A DNA stretch of 64,000 bases from Phaeosaccion multiseriatum (GCA_965112735.1 OZ218954.1:3720001-3784000); one strand, 5' to 3'. Counted from the stretch's first letter, positions 37,278 to 49,628 are shown. The notes: generated from the letters alone by a model not told the origin. Translations and numbers: made by a program.

Positions 37278-40200
37278 AGTGGACATCCGCTGCCGCTTGC
37301 TTTGCTTCACTGCTTCTCTCCCTTCCTTCTCACCTCCGCCCATCCACTGCCATCCCCCGGTTTAGAGCGCATCGACAACGCGGACGAGCAGCTGTGGGCC
37401 TTCCTTGAAACGTTCGAGGACGAGTCTAGCGAGGTGCAGCTGCAGCTCCTCACCGCCACTGTCAAGCTCTTCCTCAAACAGCCCGACGACACCCAGGACA
37501 TGGTCAAGAAGGTGAGGCGTATGGGCAAGCAGTACTAGGTGTCAGGCAGTCAGTCGGTCAGCTTCGCTTGTGTCAGTCAGTGCCTGGTGTCAGTCAGTGC
37601 CTGGTGTCAGTGAGTGCCTGGTGTCAGTCTCACGACGCACAGGAAACGATCGAGAAGGTAGTCAGGCATGTGGGCAAGCAGTACTTGGTGTCAGTCCGTT
37701 CAACCCTACAACCCTAACCTCTCCTCTTGGCCTCTGCCCTCTGCTGCCATCTCTCAGGTGCTCCAAATGGCGACGCAGGACTCGGACAACCCGGACCTCC
37801 GGGACAGGGGCTTCGTGTACTGGCGACTGTTGAGCACGAGGTAGGGGGGCTAGGGGGAAGGGAGTGTGGTTCCTCTCCAAGGGGGTGTGTTTCTCTCCAA
37901 GGGGGTGTGTTTCTCTCCAAGGGGGTGTGTTTATCTCCAAGGGGGTGTGTTTCCTCTCCAAGGGGGTATCCTATGAGTGGCCCAAGGGGGGTGGTCTCTC
38001 GAACGCACTCAAACTGACGTCACTTATTGTCGCCTCTCCATATGACCAACAGCCCCGAGGCGGCCAAGGCGGTGGTGCTTGGCGACAAACCGACCATCGC
38101 CGACGACACATCTCAGATGGAGCCCCAACTGCTCAACCGACTCATCGGACAGGTACGCACGTCGTAAGGTTTAAGCCCCTCAGCTCTTGGCAGCGGCGGA
38201 TGGCACTGGATGGTGCAGCTAGGGAGTAATTGTCTCTCCTCTGCCCCCCCCCCTGTGTGTGTTGGAGAGTGAGTGGGTGGGTGGGTGAGGGGTTGAGTGA
38301 GTGAATGTGATTTTGGCTCGGTAATTGAATGAGTGAATGAGTGAGTGAATGTCTAGATGAGTTGTGAGGCAGCGTCTTGATATAGTCCTCCCCCCTCCTC
38401 CTCGGACGCCTCCGAACTGACCTCTGACCCCAAAACTGCAACTGTAACTGCAACTGCAACTGCAACAGATCGCCACCCTGGCCAGTGTGTACCACAAGCC
38501 TCCAGAGGCCTTCGTCCTCAAGACCACTGCAAGGGACTCGCCTTACCCCGGCGGGGACGAGGAGGGGGACGAGTACGACGACGAGTCAGGGGACGAGGGG
38601 GGAGAGGGGGGCTTCGACGACGACGGTGAGGGGGCGGAGGCGCGGAGGGAGCGAGGGGGGCGGGGGGAGGGGGAGGGGGAGCAGGGGTGATGTGGGTTTG
38701 TCTCTCCCGACAGTCCGAAGTGGAGGCCATTCTCAGTGTGCCGTTTGTTTCATTCAAGTCTCATCGGAGCCCCACTCTGTCTCGTGTGTGTGTGCCTCTC
38801 TCTCTCTCACACTTTCTGTCATTCTCTTTCTCTCTCACGCACTCTCTGTCTCTTCGCTCTCTCTCTCTCACACTGTCTGTCATTCTCTTTCTCTCTCACT
38901 CACTCTCTGTCTCTTCGCTCTCTCTCTCTCCATTTCCCTGCTCTCCTCAGAGGGAGAGGGAGAGGGAATGACGTCATCTTCTACCCAGGGGGGTGGAGAA
39001 GTCGACCTCCTCGATATGGGCATGGGGGACCTCAGCGTGTCTCAAGGGGGTGGAGGAGCGCCTCCCCAGGGGGGCCTCCTTGGAGATCCCCTGGGGGGCT
39101 TCGGCAGCAGCCTGGGGGGGGGTGTGGCAGGGCCTCCCCAGGGGGGTGTGCCCAAGGTGTTGGTGTGTCCGGCGGAGCAGGGGCAGGGCGTTGCGTTGCA
39201 AGCAGCCGTCTATGTCAGCAATGGTGAGTGAGTGAGTGAGTGAGTAAGTGAGTGAGTAAGTCAGTGAGTGGGTGAATGAGTGAGTGAGTGAGTGAGTGAG
39301 TGAGTGGGTGAGTGAGTGAGTGAGTGAGTGAGTGAGTGGGTGGGTGAGTGAGTGAGTGGGTGAGTGAGAGAGTGAGTGAGTGAGAGAGTGAGTGAGTGGG
39401 TGAGTGAGTGAGTGAGTGAGTGAGTGAGTGAGTGAGTGAGTGAGTGGGTGAGTGAGTGAGTGGGTGAGTAAGTGAGTGAGTGGGTGAGTGGGTGGGTAAG
39501 TTAGTGAGTGAGTGAGTGGGTGGGTGAGCTAGTGAGTGGGTGAGTAAATGAGTGAGTGAGTGAATGAGTGAATGAGTGGGGTAGGGAGAGGCTGGATGGA
39601 GGGAGACGCTGGACTCGCGTTCCGGCCTCCCTCTCCCCTCCCCCCTCTCCCGCAACTGACCCCGCCATCCCCCCATCCACTGCCATCCACTGCCATACAC
39701 TGCCACCCCCACCAGACGCCCCCGGCTGCGGGCTCGTGCTGGACCTGTCTGTGTCCAACAGCGGCTGCGCTGCCCCCGTGACCGGCCTGGCCATGCAGTT
39801 CAACCGTAACCCCCTGGGCATCGTGCCCGCACAGCCCACCCTCTCCTTCGCCTCCCCCCTGGAGGTGGGGCAGAGCAGCATCCACACAATGCCTCTCGGC
39901 CTTGACCCAAGCATGCTCGTGCCCATCCCCCCGGGGCAGGCGCTTGCCCCCCCCCCGGGGCTCTGCATCCAGGCGGCCATGAAGAACGCCGCCACAGGGG
40001 GCGTGTCTTACTTTTCGGTGCCGCTCACCCCGGGGGGACTCGTGACCCGGGGGGGCGCGCCGCTCTCGCAGGAGGCCTTCATCGGCGTTTGGAAGGCCTC
40101 CGCACAGGAGGTGAGGGGGGGGATGGCAGCGGATGGGGGATGGGGGGGGGGTGGCAATGGGGGGTTTGCCTTTTTCTCTCTCTGTGTGCCTTTGTTCCAT

Positions 40201-40646
40201 CTCTCTCTCCCCCTCTCTCACTTTCTTCCCCCCTCTCTCCTCTCCTCCCCAGATGCACCGCGGCGTGGAGGGCCTCCCCCCCCTCACCATCCCTTCTGTA
40301 ACCGCCAAGCTCGCCGCCTCCGGAGTGTCCTTCGTGGCGGACCGCGCTGCCGAGGGGGGCGTGACTGTGGCGTACTACTCCTTCCGCCTGGCCGGCCTGC
40401 AGATGCTGCTGGAGCTGAGCTTCCCTGCCGCGGTGGGAGGGAGCATTTCTTCTGTGCAGCTTTGCCTCAAGACGGAGCAGGCCGCCTATGCACAGGTGTG
40501 TGTGTGTGTGTGTGTATGTGTGTATGTGGGTGGGTGGGTGGGTGTGGGTGGGTGTGGGTGTGTGTGGGTGTGGGTGTGTGTGTGTGGGTGTGTGGGTGTG
40601 TGGGTGTGTGGGTGTGTGGGTGTGTGTGTGGGTGGGTGTGTGTGTA

Positions 40647-40678
<32 letters not shown>

Positions 40679-40928
40679 GGTGGGTGTGTGTGTGGGTGTG
40701 TGGGTGTGTGGGTGTGTATGTGTGTATGTGTGTGTGTGTGGGTGTGTGTGTGTGGGTGTGTGGTTAGGCAACCGATAGTGGACCATTTTGCCGAGAAGTG
40801 GAGACTGAGCCTTATGTGACCCCCCTTACCCCCCCTGTATTACGTAACGCTTACGTACCTCCTTACCCCCCCGGTATTACGTAACGCAGGTGGCTCTGCA
40901 CGTGGTGGAGGGCATTCTAAGGCAGTGA
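30928..40928 (+). CDS. AP1B1/AP2B1: AP-1/AP-2 adaptor complex beta subunit (beta-adaptin); ~26 exons
   Basis: Motifs [12 protein letters not shown]|[116 protein letters not shown] and ear-domain [10 protein letters not shown]. Confidence 0.95.
36218..36510. repeat. Intronic 8-bp satellite (GGCATACA/G)n; a shorter copy lies at 33115-33210
   Basis: Tandem units visible in two introns of the same gene. Confidence 0.9.
39224..39580 (+). repeat. (GAGT)n microsatellite starting at a splice donor
   Basis: The GTGAGT donor continues as about 350 bp of GAGT/GGGT repeats. Confidence 0.9.
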
Positions 40929-41033
40929 GCAGCTTCAGAGCTGAGCATCAGAGCTGAGCATCAGAGCGGAGAGGGGCGAGGGGCAGTCATTGACAAATTC
41001 ATGGACAAGGGACAGCAGTTTTCTGTGTGGTGC

Positions 41034-41096
<63 letters not shown>

Positions 41097-41286
41097 GTGC
41101 TGCTTGACGCTCGGCGGTACCCTCTGGCTCACACACACACACAGACACACATGCGGCGTTATAAAGTGTATTTGTATTTGTGATTTACCCTTTGGCCCAT
41201 CGACAAATTGATGGCTTATGGGCAAGTTGCTGACTTATGGAAAGGCCCCTCAGAGGCTCTCTCTACCATCGCTCTCTGTCTCTGTC

Positions 41287-43727
41287 TCACTTCTGGAACA
41301 CGAGTAGGAAGTTGTTGGCGGGCATCTCTTCCTTCGCCACGAAGCGGAAACCCGCGGCAGCGGCCTTCTCCTGCACATCCTCCAGGTCACTGCACACAGT
41401 TGGAGTACAGTTTAGCAGTCACAATTGGCACACAGGAGGCACAGAGAGAAGCGGGAGGGAGGGGAGAGCTGCAATGGTCAAGGCCCTCTTTAGGGTTAGT
41501 CCTTCTTTAGGGTTAGTCCCTCTTAGGGTCACTTCCTCTGAGGGTTAGTCCCTCCGACATAGCAAGCTGAATCTGAGGTGTAGCTCACTCACTCACCCAC
41601 TCACTCACCCACTCGCTCACTCACTCACTCACTCACTCACTCACTCACTCATTCACTCACTCACTCACTCACTCACTCACCCACTCACTCACTCACTCAC
41701 TCACTCACTCACTCACTCACTCACTCACTCACTCACCGGATGCCGTAGCTTGTGTCTCTGTCCCTGAGGCTCCTGTCGAAGTCGGCGTTACTCTCTGTGG
41801 TGCACTTGCCGCCCACCTTGAAGGGCCCGTAGATGAACATCATGCCCCCCCCCCGTCCACTGCCATCCCCCGGCCCATCCTTGCACGCTTGCCCAGCCCC
41901 CTTTAGAAGGCCTTCCATCACATCGTAGGGCGCTGCAGCACAGGCATATGGGCAGCGGTAGGGAGATGGAGAGGGGGAGGATCGGTTGATTGCATTGCTT
42001 GCGTATTGCGTGGGTCAAGCCCCCCCCCGAGCAAAGGCAACACTAGGGACTGGGCAGGGCGGGGTAGGGCAAGGCCAAGGGCACGCACTACCTTCCTCTG
42101 CCTTCCACTGCCTTCCATTGCCTTCCTCTGCCTTCCACTGCCTTCCACTGCCTTCCATTGCCTTCCTCTGCCTTCTACTGCCTTCCACTGCCTTCCTCTG
42201 CCTTCCGCTGCCTTCCACTGCCTTCCACTGCCTTCCACTGCCTTCCACTGCCTTCCACTGCCTTCCCAGCCCCTCCCTCCCTCCCTCCCTCCCTCCTCAC
42301 CAATATGCACCATGTTGCAGCAGAGCAGCAAGTCGATGGACTTGGGCCCCACCCCCCACTCCGAGAAGGGCGTGGAGGCGTCGAGCGTGAGAGGCGCGTC
42401 TACGCAGGGCAGCGCTGATGTGTAAGCCTCAACACTGGCCCGGCACCTCTGTTGCCATCGCAAACATCGAGCATATCCACATCGAATATCGAGAGGGTTA
42501 AGGCGTGTAGAGCATGTCGATATCGTGCGTCGAACATGGAGTGAAGCGAGCGTCAGTGTGCTGAGGGGGGAGGTCTACACCAAGAGTCGGACACGCGTTG
42601 GTTGTGGCTGTGTTCGTGCATTCCAGCCCCTCCGTCACTCATTCAATTACTCATAGACTCCCTCACTCCCTCCCTCCCTCCCTCACTCCCCTCTCTCCCT
42701 CACTCACGGGATCGAAGTCGCTGGGAGTCCACTGCACATGAAGCTGCGGAGCCATAAAATGGGCATGCTGCCCGGTACCCTTCACAGCCGCAGACCGACA
42801 AGTTGGTGATACACGAGGAGGAGGAGGAGGAGGAGGAGGAGTGGGGAGAAATTGAGTGCGGGACACCACAGCAGCAAGGGCCTCAAGTGTTTCCCCATCG
42901 CGGGATGCCCGCGGCTCCTCCCCAGTCAGCAGGAAGAGGGCCTGACTGACTGCCCCGCCGCTTAGACACTTCCACACATAATACAAACGTACTTACCGAA
43001 GCGATCTCAAGGACCCTGACCAAGGCAATGCGTGCCATCCAGAGAGAGGGAGGGTCCATATAGAGAGAGGTGGAGGGAAGCATTGGGCAATACACGAGAA
43101 AGAGAGGTGGAGCGAAGTATTGGTGAATACACGAGAAAGAGAGGTGGAGGGAAGTATCGGTCAATACGCGAGGGTAGAGGGCAGTTTCAATACGCAAGGC
43201 CAGAGGCCTTGGTTGCCAAGCGCGTCGGTCAGTAGGGCATTACCGAGGGAAGGAGAAGAGCATGCAGACGACTTGGCGAGAATGGGAGTCGACAACCAGC
43301 CAACTCCCCACACTCCCTTCCTCTCTCCGCCCCTCACTCTCTATTCATCCTTACCACTCATCCACTCCCTCACTCCACTCGCTCACCTCAGCTATTCATC
43401 CCTACCACTCATCCATTCACTCATCCACTCGCTCACCTCAGCTTTGGGGCGCCTTGTGGGGGACTGACGGCCTCCGGGACGTACTTGCACAGCATCTCAA
43501 AGATGGGGTCCTGTGAGATGTGCATCCATCAGCAGTGAGGGTCTCAGTGTCTCTCTATCATGCGCAAGCACACCCTCGCACGGACCCAAGCCACACACAG
43601 AGGCACACACACACACACGCACCTTGTTCCTGTCGGTGGCGGGTGCGAATTTCTTATTGTCCGTCTCCTCCAGCAGCTTCTCCCAGCCCGTCTTGGGGGC
43701 AACGCCAGCAGCCGGCGCATCGCTCAT
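41287..43727 (-). CDS. METTL26: DUF938 family SAM-dependent methyltransferase (METTL26-like); ~7 exons
   Basis: Motifs APATDRNK|DPI, VLEIAS|GTGQHA, WTPSDFD, CCNMVHI, FIYGPFKVGG..TTESNADFDRSLR..YGIR|DLE and EMPANNFLLVFQK*. Confidence 0.9.
42095..42266. repeat. Intronic 10-bp satellite (CCTTCCACTG)n, ~17 copies
   Basis: Tandem units visible in the sequence. Confidence 0.9.
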
Positions 43728-44058
43728 CCCTTCGCCCTCCTTCCCACCTCTCGGCCTCAGTAGCCAGCCCCAGAAGCCGCCCTTCCTTTCTCTCTCCTCC
43801 TCTCCCTTTGTCCCTCTCGCTTGTCTTTCCGAGTGAGGCCGCTGTGAGAGCGGGGGAGCAAAGCACACGGCTGTACTGGGGAGATGGGAGGCCAGGAGTG
43901 CAACAGGCAGATGCAGCGTCGAAAGGCACACAGAGAGGGAGACGTACACGCTACACACACACACTCTCCTTTGCATGGAAGGAGGTTCGAGGTTCAAAGA
44001 GTGCCGACCCATAACGTGTCACGCCGATTCGTAAGGCATTAAGAACTTGCATGTCCAT

Positions 44059-44096
<38 letters not shown>

Positions 44097-44293
44097 GACC
44101 TTGCTCTTTCATCGGGTACCGTGGAACATCGCTGTCCCTCTATCTCCCCTCCCTGACTTACTTCTGCTCTCCGAGCCCCGTGATCATCGCGAAAGAGGAG
44201 GAACTAAAAGTGCTTCGTGAAGAACGTTCCGGCCCCCATGTAGAGGGGCGGGACGCCGTCGCGTACAATAGAGAGGGAGACGATGGAGGAGAA

Positions 44294-45148
44294 ATGATTC
44301 AGCGCTCTGATATTGAGGAAGAGAAGTGGCGGCGCCTCCTGCTAATACCCCCGATATGGCCCCTCTGCAGAAGGGAGGGGGGGGGGGCGCGGGAGGACGA
44401 GCCCTTGCTGCATCGCGGCGATGGGCAAGGGGCTGCAGCAGCCGTTATTGCCGCCCTTGCCGCTGCCGAGCGGGGGGGGAGGGAGCGCGTCGCGTCCTGC
44501 AAACGCTCGCTGTGCCGGGCCGAGAGACAGGCCGAGGCGCAGGAGGCCATCCTGCACGCAGCTTGGCCCGCCTACCAGATGCGGGCCGCGAGAGAGCACT
44601 TCTTCTACAGCCAGCGACTCCTTCACCAGCGGGGCAGGGGGGAGGAGAAGCGACGTATGAGGGCCGCTCTGGAGCGTGCCCTGAGTCTCGCCATGGCCAC
44701 GCAGCGGAGGGAGCGGTGCCTGCTCAGCATGGGCCAAAGGAAGGCGCTTGCTGCTGCTGCTGCTGCTGCTGCTGTTGCTGCTGCTGGTGGGGCATCATAC
44801 CTTGCAGCCGACGACGACGACGACGATGATGATGACGAGGGTGCCCGCTACAGCGCGAGTGGGGAGGACAGTGCCATGGGGAGCGCCACGGAAGCCAAGA
44901 CAGGAGGCGCCCGTCTCAGCAGACGCCGTGGCGAGAAGGCAGCATCCACGCGGGCTTGTGACTTTCCGCAGCGCCCCTCTCGCAAGCAGTGGCCCCTCGG
45001 CCTCCGCCTCCGCTTCAGCGCCTTCAAGGACACCGGCACGGGCCGGCGGGAGGGGCGGGAGGAGGCACACCTCAATGGGGGAGGGGCGGGGGGCGATTAC
45101 TACTCCGAAGGCGGCGAAGTGCCCCTCCTTTCGTCCTCCGGCCTCTGA
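44294..45148 (+). CDS. Hypothetical protein; start uncertain (frame is open from 44051)
   Basis: Open frame with a helical-looking core, polyA and polyD, divergent from METTL26. No recognised domain. Confidence 0.4.
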   Translation: MIQRSDIEEEKWRRLLLIPPIWPLCRREGGGAREDEPLLHRGDGQGAAAAVIAALAAAERGGRERVASCKRSLCRAERQAEAQEAILHAAWPAYQMRAAREHFFYSQRLLHQRGRGEEKRRMRAALERALSLAMATQRRERCLLSMGQRKALAAAAAAAAVAAAGGASYLAADDDDDDDDDEGARYSASGEDSAMGSATEAKTGGARLSRRRGEKAASTRACDFPQRPSRKQWPLGLRLRFSAFKDTGTGRREGREEAHLNGGGAGGDYYSEGGEVPLLSSSGL

Positions 45149-46537
45149 AAAGGCACGGAAGATGCAGTCATGCAGATGCAGTGCAGGTGCAGTCATGAAG
45201 ATGCAGTCATGCAGGTGCCGCTCGTGTGCCTCCCTAGGACTGGGCTTTGATTGATTCCTCCAAGTCCATCTCTCCCCCTTTGCACGGGACCGGCCTCTCC
45301 AGCACATACATGTACATTCTCTCATGAGAGGGAGGGGAGGGGGATGTGCTCGTATCAATGACGGGACTCACACAGCCGGACTTGGCTTGGAAACTTGGTC
45401 AGTCTCATATATCATGGACTTGGCTTGGACCTTTTTCAGTCTCATCATATCACTCTCACCTCCCCTCCTTTGTAAGTATGATACGTAAAAAGGGAAGGGA
45501 CAGAAAAATTAAAGGCGCGCACGGCCAAGGTGATAAGGTGGAGACGAAACGTTACTGAAAAAAAAAATCGTGAGAGTTGAGAGTTGGCACCGCACGCGCA
45601 CTTACATCAACGAGAGGTCTAGTTGGACGAGGCCGCAAAGGCAATTCAAACGAAGGCCGCAAAGGTAGTTCAAACGATGCCAGGCCAAGGGGGGCGTCGG
45701 CGCCACGCCCAAATGCAATAGCCAGAATAGCCAGCGAGCGGCAGGGCGTACTTATGTAACTTATGTGCGGATTGGGTGCCCCTGGGGATTGGGGGGTCCC
45801 AATTTGTTCCCTCGCCTCCCTCGCAGACGAGGATAATCGACGAGGCCCCCATTTTGTTTAGTTATTAGTAGTGTGGGGGAAATTAAGCCCTGCCAAGAGG
45901 GCTTGAAGAGGAGCGGCACAGAGAAGGTGAGCAGACAAGCGCGGCGCAACCATTGACGCGGACTCACGGCTGCTCTATTGCAAGAGATGAAGTCTCAATG
46001 ACTAGGCGTAAAGCAGGCGCCAGTGACACAAAGTGCGGAGGTTGAGGCAACCGCCTTACGCCCTGACCAACCAGACCCCCGCCTACCTTCCTTTTCTCCC
46101 TCCTTCCCATGCTTGCACGTCAGTCAGTGCTGCAGTGAATAGGGTTTTTGGGCTCCCCTCACCGTTTTGGTCCCTCGGCCGGCCCTCCGCTCTCTCGTCC
46201 CTCCTTCCCTTCTTCTCTGTCCCTCTCCCGTTCCTCTTAGAAGGCCAAGTCAACAATTCCATTCCGCCTGAGCCTGCGCTGCTCGACTCTGTGCTTGGCC
46301 GCCATGACGCAGTGGTAGCCAAGCGCATCGGTTGCGAGTGGCGAGTAGCCGAGCCTGGCTGGTGTCTCACCTCCCTCGAGTAGCCTAGCTGGTGTCTCAC
46401 CGGTGTGTCACCTCCCTCGTCGGCTACGGGGCGTGCGGCTGGCTTCGTGGCGGGAGGTCTCCTCTGGCGTTGGGTGGTGCCTGTCTTGCTCATCTGAGCT
46501 GCCTGGAAGGCTGGGCGAGTCGAGCGGGGGAGACAGC

Positions 46538-48070
46538 ATGGTGACGAAGAAGGAGCGTGCGAAGGACAAAAGAAAAAAGTTGGAGGGGTTTCAAAAAGCG
46601 ATGGGTGAGGACAGGGTCAACGATATACGCATAGCGGTGTCCAAGACCCCTGGCAGCAAGGATTTCAAGGATGGTGATGACGCCCACCAGCTTTGGTTTA
46701 AGCACTTCGACGCCTTACGGATGCGAGGCGTCAGAGCCGCGGAAAGAAAAAGCGAAGAAGAGGGACGCCTTCTTACCAACGAAGAGAGGGGCATCATTAT
46801 CGAGCAAGCCAGGGCCCTTATCCCCGAGGGGCCCACGAGTACGGAGCTGGCCGACTATCCGACCTTCAACCCTGGGTGGAACCCCCCGGTCGAAACTTTC
46901 GAGGACTGGTATGCCTTCAAGGCTGGCGTTGAGGGTCATGGCAACCAAGGATCCACTCAGCCCTCCAGCAGCAGTAGCAGTGGCGGCGGTGGCAGCGGTG
47001 GGGGCGGCGGCAGCGCGCCGTCCAAGAAGAAGAAAGGCCAAAAGAAAGGAGGGGCGAGAGCAGTCAAGGAAGAGAAGCCTGAGCCGTCCAAGAAGAAAGG
47101 CCAAAAGAAAGGAGGGGCGAGGGCAGTCAAGGAAGAGAAGCCTGAACCATGCAAGAAGAAGAAAGGCCAAAAGAAAGGAGGGGCGAGAGCAGTCAAGGAA
47201 GAGAAGCCTGAGAGCGCCAAGGGTGTGTCTGTGCCTGGACGAGTAGCGAAGCGAGGAAGAGGAGGAGCGTGTGACAGCCCCGCCCACCCTTGGAGGACCG
47301 ACAAGAAGCCCAAGCGCGAGCACACCAACACCATGGGCAACATGGACAAGATGGGCAAGATGGACATGAAGCACCCTGCCGCCGCGCTGACTCAGGAGGC
47401 TGACTTTGAGCAGTTTGAGCGCCTCGAGTGGGGAGGCACGCCCCTGCTGGACGAGAGCGTCTTGCTGGAGGACAGCGTCTGGCTGGACGAGAGCGTCTTG
47501 CTGGAGGACAGCGAGGCACAAAGCGAGACGCAGGAGGTGCCGTTCGTTCCCGCAGACTCCACCTTGGAGAGCTGGCTTCAAACCGCAGATCCTCAGCCCT
47601 TTCTGCGCGAGGGAGCACAGCTCAGCACGATTACGAGCCCGACAGAGCCGAGCCCGAGCCTCACGGACTTGCCCACCTTCTTCGGCCCCGAGGGTGAGGG
47701 GGAGGTCTGGGCCTCTTCCTCGCCCTCTCCGCCCTGCCCATCGACGTCTCCTCCTCCTACGACAGCGACGCTGCCCGTGGCTGACTCGGAGCTGGGAGGG
47801 GAGCATAGCGACTCGGAGCCCCTCCTCATGCCCCTCCACCTACCCCAGTCCGTCATGATGATGAGCTCGGAGAGGATCCTGGCGGCCCCGATGGGCGCCG
47901 TCGTGGTGGCACCGCACGAGCAGCAGTTGGTGATACAAGAGCAACAGCAGCAGCAGCAGCAGTCATACAGGCAGCAGCAGGTCTTCAAGGCCTGGACATT
48001 GGAGGCGCTGCCCCTCTCGATGGTGCTGGCATTTCTTGACGCGTGTGGTGATGATCGGCATGAGGCTTGA
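46538..48070 (+). CDS. Orphan family A, copy A1 (intronless; N-terminal globular region, Lys-rich NLS-like repeats, acidic/Pro region, polyQ)
   Basis: Intact ORF, paralogous to 50451-52154 and 56162-57964. The ATG in MVTK is shared by all three copies. Confidence 0.75.
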   Translation: MVTKKERAKDKRKKLEGFQKAMGEDRVNDIRIAVSKTPGSKDFKDGDDAHQLWFKHFDALRMRGVRAAERKSEEEGRLLTNEERGIIIEQARALIPEGPTSTELADYPTFNPGWNPPVETFEDWYAFKAGVEGHGNQGSTQPSSSSSSGGGGSGGGGGSAPSKKKKGQKKGGARAVKEEKPEPSKKKGQKKGGARAVKEEKPEPCKKKKGQKKGGARAVKEEKPESAKGVSVPGRVAKRGRGGACDSPAHPWRTDKKPKREHTNTMGNMDKMGKMDMKHPAAALTQEADFEQFERLEWGGTPLLDESVLLEDSVWLDESVLLEDSEAQSETQEVPFVPADSTLESWLQTADPQPFLREGAQLSTITSPTEPSPSLTDLPTFFGPEGEGEVWASSSPSPPCPSTSPPPTTATLPVADSELGGEHSDSEPLLMPLHLPQSVMMMSSERILAAPMGAVVVAPHEQQLVIQEQQQQQQQSYRQQQVFKAWTLEALPLSMVLAFLDACGDDRHEA

Positions 48071-48441
48071 CAGAGTCATGAGAGGCGCTAACGAGGAGGA
48101 AAGGCACTTCTTTCAAGAGTGACCAAGGCTTCACTTCACAGGAGCAAAGCCACGGGGCTACCAGTTCGTGCACCAGCCAGTACGTGCACCAGTACCAAGT
48201 GCATACATCAGGCCATCACGCCGTGGCCATCAAACCGTGGCGAGGGGAGCCGAAGGACCAAGGACACTTCAGGAGGATTGAGGTCACCTCAGGAGGATTG
48301 CGGCAGGGAGTGGTGGCCGGGGGGGGGGTTCGCAGAGGGCATAGAGTAATGCATAGAGCTCTTCTTTGGCAGCGGTTCGTTTTGTGACTGTGAGACTTGT
48401 GTTACAGTGGGGTACTTGTTGTAGTGGGGTAACGGTATTGT

Positions 48442-48592
48442 GAGTTTAATTTATGTCAAATAGTGGAATAGTGGGGCGGCGAGGAGCGGCGAGGAGCGTT
48501 CTGAGTTTAATTTATGTCAAATAGTGGAATAGAGGAGCGGCGAGGAGCGGTTTGAGTTTAATTTGTGTCAAATAGTGGAATAGAGGAGCGGC
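48442..48592. repeat. Three ~50-60 bp tandem repeats (GAGTTTAATTTATGTCAAATAGTGGAATAG...GAGGAGCG)
   Basis: Visible copies inside a ~600-bp segment found only in the inverted arm. Confidence 0.85.
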
Positions 48593-49047
48593 TGTGGCGA
48601 ATTTGAGTGGCGAGACACACGAGAGAGCCGAAGAGAAGGTAACAGGGTGTCTTGTGCCTGCGGGGGGCAGGGGGGGTTGAGGCGTGGGGTGAGGGTCATG
48701 TATGTGGGATCAAAAGAATCAAATCACATTTAAAATGATAAAGGGAGGCCGAGACTTTAGGAAGGTGGCAGGCCATGAGACCAGCCTGCTCATACCCGCC
48801 CCGCTGGGTCACTGGGGTCAACCGGTCGAGTGGGCAGTGGGCAGTGGGGCAGTGGCTGGGCCTGCTCTTCTTTGGCAGCACTCTGCCCCAGCAAACGGCC
48901 GCTCTTTTGTCCTCGAGGGAGCACTTTACATATATATCGTATCGTATGGTGTTGTCACAAAGAGCAGTCAATGAAATGAGTGCGTGGGGGCGTGCGTGAA
49001 ATCGACATCGATTCTTGGCAATTGGAGTTTGCGCTGAAAAGTGTACA

Positions 49048-49227
49048 GCCGTGCCAACAGTGCCCAGTGCGGGGATGGGCTTCTTCAGAGCCCTGCTGTG
49101 CCCCGAGGAGAGAGTGATGCTCGGCCCCGGGGGGGAAGTGCTGCCCCCCGGGGGTAGCTTGACCGCGCTGAGCGACAAGGATGTGCTGGAGATGCTCCCC
49201 TCCTTCGAGGAATTCATGCAGTTGTAG
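49048..49227 (+). pseudogene. Family B 3' fragment (B0), last ~59 codons only
   Basis: AVPTVPSAGMGFFRALLCPEE...SFEEFMQL* is near-identical to the B1 and B2 ends. It is truncated at the inversion junction. Confidence 0.85.
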
Positions 49228-49355
49228 GCATATGGGTGTATATAGGTAGACGACTTTGGAGGCTGGCGACTTGTTGACTGGCCCTAATAGGAATCAACCA
49301 AAGACTTAGGTGCACTGGCGACGGGTGGGGGGTGCACATATGGGGGCGACGCGGG

Positions 49356-49407
<52 letters not shown>

Positions 49408-49628
49408 TGTGTAGAGGGCCCGCTAGGAACCCGTTTAGAAGGGGCGGGGGGGAGGCCATCAGCGCAAACTCCAATTGCCAATAATCGATTTCACGCACGC
49501 CCCCACGTACTCACTGACTGCTCTTCGTAACAACACCATATATAAACTTACATAAACTTACTGCTCCCTCGAGGGCAGCAGAGCGGCCGTTTGCTTGGGC
49601 CAGACGGCTGCCGAACAAGAGCAGGCCC

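Noticed and set aside
30983-40888. Introner-type mobile introns
   Set aside because: The introns share only short words, not full-length similarity, terminal repeats or TSDs.
46685-46730. WF(K/R)H motif in family A as a homeodomain helix 3
   Set aside because: It lacks the invariant Asn and the WFxNRR pattern, so it is too weak to call.
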